From Puniceicoccales bacterium (lineage in GTDB: Bacteria; Verrucomicrobiota; Verrucomicrobiia; Opitutales; LL51), in the NCBI GenBank assembly GCA_031283585.1, contig JAITBP010000001.1, positions 20,044 to 52,043 on the forward strand: DNA of 32,000 bases, written 5' to 3'. The notes below the pieces were generated by a model, which searched no databases, was not told where the DNA came from, and saw nothing but the letters and a program-made list of their open reading frames with translations. This document shows positions 28,485-32,000 of this stretch, one piece after another (position 1 is the stretch's first letter; the number at the start of each line of letters is the position of its first letter). The position numbers and the translations under genes were made by a program.

Positions 28485-31400
28485 ATGGAAGGTAAGGAAA
28501 TTGATAAAGATGTTTTAACAAAGCGATTTAGCCAGGTTTGCCTATTGACTGTCGTGGGTATGGGCTTTGGTGTCGTGGATTTGCAGGGTGATGTTACAAC
28601 TAAGGACAGTGGCGTTAGATCAACCTTAACAGATATTAACAGTTCCACTGATACTGGTTATCTTGAGACCACCGCGGTTGATAAATTCGCAGTTATTGAG
28701 ATTTCAGGCAATACGGGTAATAATGAAGTTAGTGAGCATGATTTTACGTTGAAAGGTGGTGGTACCGTTGGTCTTAGCTTTAACGCAACATCAGCTACGG
28801 ATGAATTTATAATGAAGCGTAACAGCAAATGCATAAAGATCGAAGGTACGCCAAAATTAGTGTTTTTTGATGCTACCTATTCCACCAATGATGTAAAAAT
28901 CAAAGCTGATGAAACGTTAAATTCCTTTTCCGGTCAATTATTGCTGAAAACCGGCGATAAGAAATTGATTTTCAGCGATGGTAAAATTAATCCTACTGGT
29001 GCTGCGTTGCGTGTTGTAACCACCAAGACTGGTGCTGTTCAAGTTGGTGCAAGTGGTTCGATATTGGATTCTGGTTTTACCGTAAAAAATCTGATACTTG
29101 GTGCGAATCCAGGCGAAGATTTGAAAATTGTGAAATACACCGATGCTTCCGGTGGTACGGCAGGTAATAACATGGATTTCGTCGATATCGGCACCGATGG
29201 CAGTGGCGGTAACCTGATTGCATTTGTAGATACTGAAAAAGGTGTTTTGATCACCGAAGGAGGTATCGTCTATGGTGAAAGCTCGTTGAAGTTAGCAAAT
29301 AATACAGCAAATGGTGAATTGAATATTGCCAACAGCTTGGAGGTTAAGGCAGGTGCGACATTGACACTTATGGGTGTAAAAGATGATGGTACGACTGCTA
29401 ATGACCTAACGATCAGGGCAGCAAAGGATTTAGCTGGAGCAGAGGTTGATGAAGCAACCAAAGGACGCATCATCATCAATGGTGGTGCTATGGTAAAGCT
29501 TGGCAGTAATATTAATTTTACAGTAAAGGATAAAAAAATTAACGCCAGTTTTGTGCTTACTGGCACCGGTGATAGCGATGCCTTAATAGCTAAATTGGTT
29601 GCCGATGGTTCTGGTGGGACCCTATCGATGATGGGAGAGATGGTTAATCCGGCGATATTGGTTTCTGATAATTGCTTTGGTTCCATCGGTGGTGAGAAAA
29701 AATTGATCATATCTGGTGATAGTACAAAAAATGTCTTGGTCCAGGTTGGTGCTAAAAGTACGTTGAAGATTGCTGGCGAAGTTGTGCTGAATTCCTCCTC
29801 GGCTACTCCGGGTGAAAAATCCTTTGTGGTTGGAGAAAAAGCCAACCTTGTATTTACCGATGCGGCTAAGCATCGGCTGGAAATTGGTGCAAATGATAAG
29901 ATAATTTTTAGTAATGAATCTGAGATTCGATTCGCGACGCCGGAAGATAGCAATGTACGTGGCCAATTATTTTTAGCCAAGGTCGATAATTTTGTTGGCC
30001 AAAACAGTACCAAGGTAGCGCTTTCTTGCGGCCTATTGGTCAAGGACATGGTTAGGAAAGCTCCAGGTATTAGTGTGAACAAATTGACATTGGTTGAGCT
30101 TGGAGATAATAAGGCCAGTGTATTTGCCGAAAGAGTTGACGTTAGCGGTGCCGATAATTTTATCTCAGACTATGTTTTTGGCCCTACAGACGGTAGTGGA
30201 TCTAAATATGGTATTGTTAGCACAACCATACATACCTACGGCGAAGCTTTTGAAGCCAATGAAATCGATGATACTGGTGTCTCCGGAGACTTTATCGATA
30301 AAGTAGAAGAGATGCAGGGTAATAGCAGTGTAAGCAATGATGAGGTCAAGCTGTTCGGTATGTTGATTGCCGATTATGATAAGGACGAAGATGGTTTTGA
30401 TAATGGTGATATCGCCAGATCCATATCTCGCAGTACGGTGGAGGAACGTAACCGGGTGACCATTGCTTTGGCCAATATGGCTCGCCAGGCAATCTATGGC
30501 CATATGGCTAGAGAAACCCATAACCGGGAGCTTTGGCTGGCCGGTATGGTGGATATGGTCCGCCAGAATGAGGTCAATGGCTATGGTATGCATGCCGGAT
30601 TATGGGGTGCTGTAATAGGCTATGATGCCGGCGTTAATGATGAGTTGGTGCTTGGATTGATGGCTGGCTGTGTCCATGCCACCGTGAGGTATAACGGGAT
30701 GACGTTGCTAGGTGGTAACAATGGTAGGCAGCTGACCGGTTTTGGTGGTTTCTACGGTGAATGGGAATCCTTGGTCCGGGATCTTTGGATCAAGTTTTCC
30801 GGATTGTTTGGTCAAGTAAAATATAAGGAGTGGGGAAATAGGCCTATTCCCGATGAAGAAGGTGACCATGAGGCAGAGATCGGTAGATTTTTCAGTTCAC
30901 ACAAGGGCCACTGGCTATCCTTTAATATGGATAGTGTTTGGCTAACCGGTGAGTACAAGGACCTGAAGTTTGGGCCCTGGCTGGCTTTATCCTATGATTA
31001 TGTCCACCAGAGGTCCGGTAGCGAGGTTGTGACGATGGAAGACGAACCCGCTCCCGACCAAACCAAGACTGCGGCGGCTGTTCAACCAGCTCCGGCGGCT
31101 CAACCGGCGACGGCGACCCAACCGGCGGCCCAGCCGGATCAACAGACACCGGCGGCTACCCCAGCGGCCAAGGCCGATGAAGATAATGACGAGGATGGCA
31201 TAGTCTATGGCAAGTCCGGCCGTCATATGTTGTCCGGCGTGTTTGGCGTTCACATGGAGGGCGAGTTACCTTTGGGGAAAATCTTTGTCGAGGTTGGTTA
31301 TAAACGCGAATTTTGTCGAAGAAACCGGATCGGCGATAGTCAATTTTTGGGTCTGGAGTACGCTCCGGCCATCGGTCATGCCACGAAAAACCTCTGTATT

Positions 31401-31520
31401 ATTCGAACCGGCTATGGGTTGACAAAGAACCACTGGGGCCTGGATTTTGGTCTGGAGGGCCAGCTTGGCCGTAATTTTAAAGATTGTTCTGCCAACATCG
31501 TGGCCACCTATTCGTTCTGA
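28485..31520 (+). CDS. Autotransporter (type Va) outer membrane protein, Pmp-like beta-helical passenger plus C-terminal beta-barrel
   Basis: 1011 aa. Hydrophobic N-terminal segment FSQVCLLTVVGMGFGVV. The long G/T/V/N/S-rich passenger has scattered GGx and FxxN-like motifs. The C-terminal translocator signature is RELWLAGMVDMVRQNEVNGYGMHAGLWGAVIGYDAGVNDELVLGLMAG. It ends in ATYSF, a terminal aromatic residue. Confidence 0.85.
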   Translation: MEGKEIDKDVLTKRFSQVCLLTVVGMGFGVVDLQGDVTTKDSGVRSTLTDINSSTDTGYLETTAVDKFAVIEISGNTGNNEVSEHDFTLKGGGTVGLSFNATSATDEFIMKRNSKCIKIEGTPKLVFFDATYSTNDVKIKADETLNSFSGQLLLKTGDKKLIFSDGKINPTGAALRVVTTKTGAVQVGASGSILDSGFTVKNLILGANPGEDLKIVKYTDASGGTAGNNMDFVDIGTDGSGGNLIAFVDTEKGVLITEGGIVYGESSLKLANNTANGELNIANSLEVKAGATLTLMGVKDDGTTANDLTIRAAKDLAGAEVDEATKGRIIINGGAMVKLGSNINFTVKDKKINASFVLTGTGDSDALIAKLVADGSGGTLSMMGEMVNPAILVSDNCFGSIGGEKKLIISGDSTKNVLVQVGAKSTLKIAGEVVLNSSSATPGEKSFVVGEKANLVFTDAAKHRLEIGANDKIIFSNESEIRFATPEDSNVRGQLFLAKVDNFVGQNSTKVALSCGLLVKDMVRKAPGISVNKLTLVELGDNKASVFAERVDVSGADNFISDYVFGPTDGSGSKYGIVSTTIHTYGEAFEANEIDDTGVSGDFIDKVEEMQGNSSVSNDEVKLFGMLIADYDKDEDGFDNGDIARSISRSTVEERNRVTIALANMARQAIYGHMARETHNRELWLAGMVDMVRQNEVNGYGMHAGLWGAVIGYDAGVNDELVLGLMAGCVHATVRYNGMTLLGGNNGRQLTGFGGFYGEWESLVRDLWIKFSGLFGQVKYKEWGNRPIPDEEGDHEAEIGRFFSSHKGHWLSFNMDSVWLTGEYKDLKFGPWLALSYDYVHQRSGSEVVTMEDEPAPDQTKTAAAVQPAPAAQPATATQPAAQPDQQTPAATPAAKADEDNDEDGIVYGKSGRHMLSGVFGVHMEGELPLGKIFVEVGYKREFCRRNRIGDSQFLGLEYAPAIGHATKNLCIIRTGYGLTKNHWGLDFGLEGQLGRNFKDCSANIVATYSF

Positions 31521-31570
31521 TTTTTCCAGTTTTTTTAGTTTTTTCACTTTTCATTTTAGTTACCTATTCG

Positions 31571-31602
31571 GCGTCGGTTCACCTCTCGGACCGGCGCTTT
31601 TT
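31571..31602 (+). terminator. Rho-independent terminator of the autotransporter gene
   Basis: GCGTCGGT (31571-31578) pairs with ACCGGCGC (31590-31597): 8 bp including one G-U, with an 11-nt loop, followed by TTTTT (31598-31602). It begins 51 nt after the stop. Confidence 0.65.
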
Positions 31603-31884
31603 GGCTTTCCCGTTGGCTTTTGCGGACCCTCCGCTGGATTTTCCGAGTCCGATCGTTTATCCTGCTGGCCTTTACCTAGAGATAGGAATCGTCGGGAAAT
31701 CGGAAGTCACTGGTCCGGAATGGCGCTACGATCCGGAGTGTGGTGTTCAAAAGTTTAAAAAATGCTTGCATAGGGTAAAAAATATGTATAACATTAGAAC
31801 AGATGTTTAGGTTGGGGCCGGTGAAAGCCGGGGCCGAAAACAAAAATAAATATATAAAATATAAAAACACATAAATATAATACT

Positions 31885-32000
31885 ATGAGTAAATTAACTA
31901 AAGTGAAGAAGGGACCGAGGGGGTTCCAGAGTGATGAAGATAAGAATTACGAGAAGGAAGTGAATACCCGGATCGAAGAGCTGAGAAAGGCGCTGATGGA
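31885..32000 (+). CDS. Possible 5' end of a gene running off the window (hypothetical)
   Basis: The ATG at 31885 opens a frame (MSKLTKVKKGPRGFQSDEDKNYEKEVNTRIEELRKALM...) that is still open at the window edge. A very AT-rich promoter-like tract precedes it. It is too short to identify. Confidence 0.3.
   Translation, partial: MSKLTKVKKGPRGFQSDEDKNYEKEVNTRIEELRKALM

Noticed and set aside
29270-30082. 270-aa ORF antisense to the autotransporter passenger region, together with the other antisense ORFs 29039-29254 and 29622-29966
   Set aside because: These are shadow ORFs. The sense strand encodes a coherent autotransporter passenger. The antisense translation is S/P/L/T-rich low-complexity with no start context. 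Repetitive G/T/V/N codon usage on the sense strand depletes stops on the opposite strand.

Overview
This is an AT-rich window (roughly 40% G+C by eye) of bacterial chromosome, densely coding on both strands. The gene content best fits a Chlamydiota-like, host-associated bacterium. That placement is an inference from five things: a type III secretion (T3SS) secretin with an N-terminal extension, a Pmp-like autotransporter, a DhnA/FbaB-type class I aldolase, pheT without an adjacent pheS, and a short FtsY. Confidently recognised housekeeping genes are ftsY, pheT, a class I fructose-bisphosphate aldolase, ppdK, clpP, rpoZ, smpB, gyrB and gyrA. There are also three tRNAs: Phe-GAA, Arg-UCU and His-GUG. 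Other recognisable genes are a CPBP intramembrane protease, a 3-beta-HSD/NAD-epimerase family enzyme, a GmhB-like HAD phosphatase, an MFS-like transporter and an RDD-family membrane protein. Envelope and virulence-type content is a small T3SS module (CesT-like chaperone, secretin sctC, small TPR protein) and a 1011-aa autotransporter. There are also several lineage-specific genes with no family I can name. I found no CRISPR array, transposase, integrase, phage gene or recognisable defence system. The most unusual signals are listed here. (1) A Sec-signal, Cys-rich orphan protein ends in a 45-residue poly-arginine tail. (2) The secretin carries an ~87-residue E/K/R-rich C-terminal extension ending in RRRRRW. 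(3) A 688-aa protein without a signal peptide has an internal domain duplication and near-identical 45-bp repeats, which makes it an effector candidate. (4) A GC-rich Pro/Ala/Gln insert sits inside the autotransporter barrel domain. (5) A perfect 23-bp palindrome covers a start codon just downstream of tRNA-Phe. (6) The stretch between ftsY and tRNA-Phe has ambiguous coding, with several frames open at once. All functional readings of the orphan genes are hypotheses.
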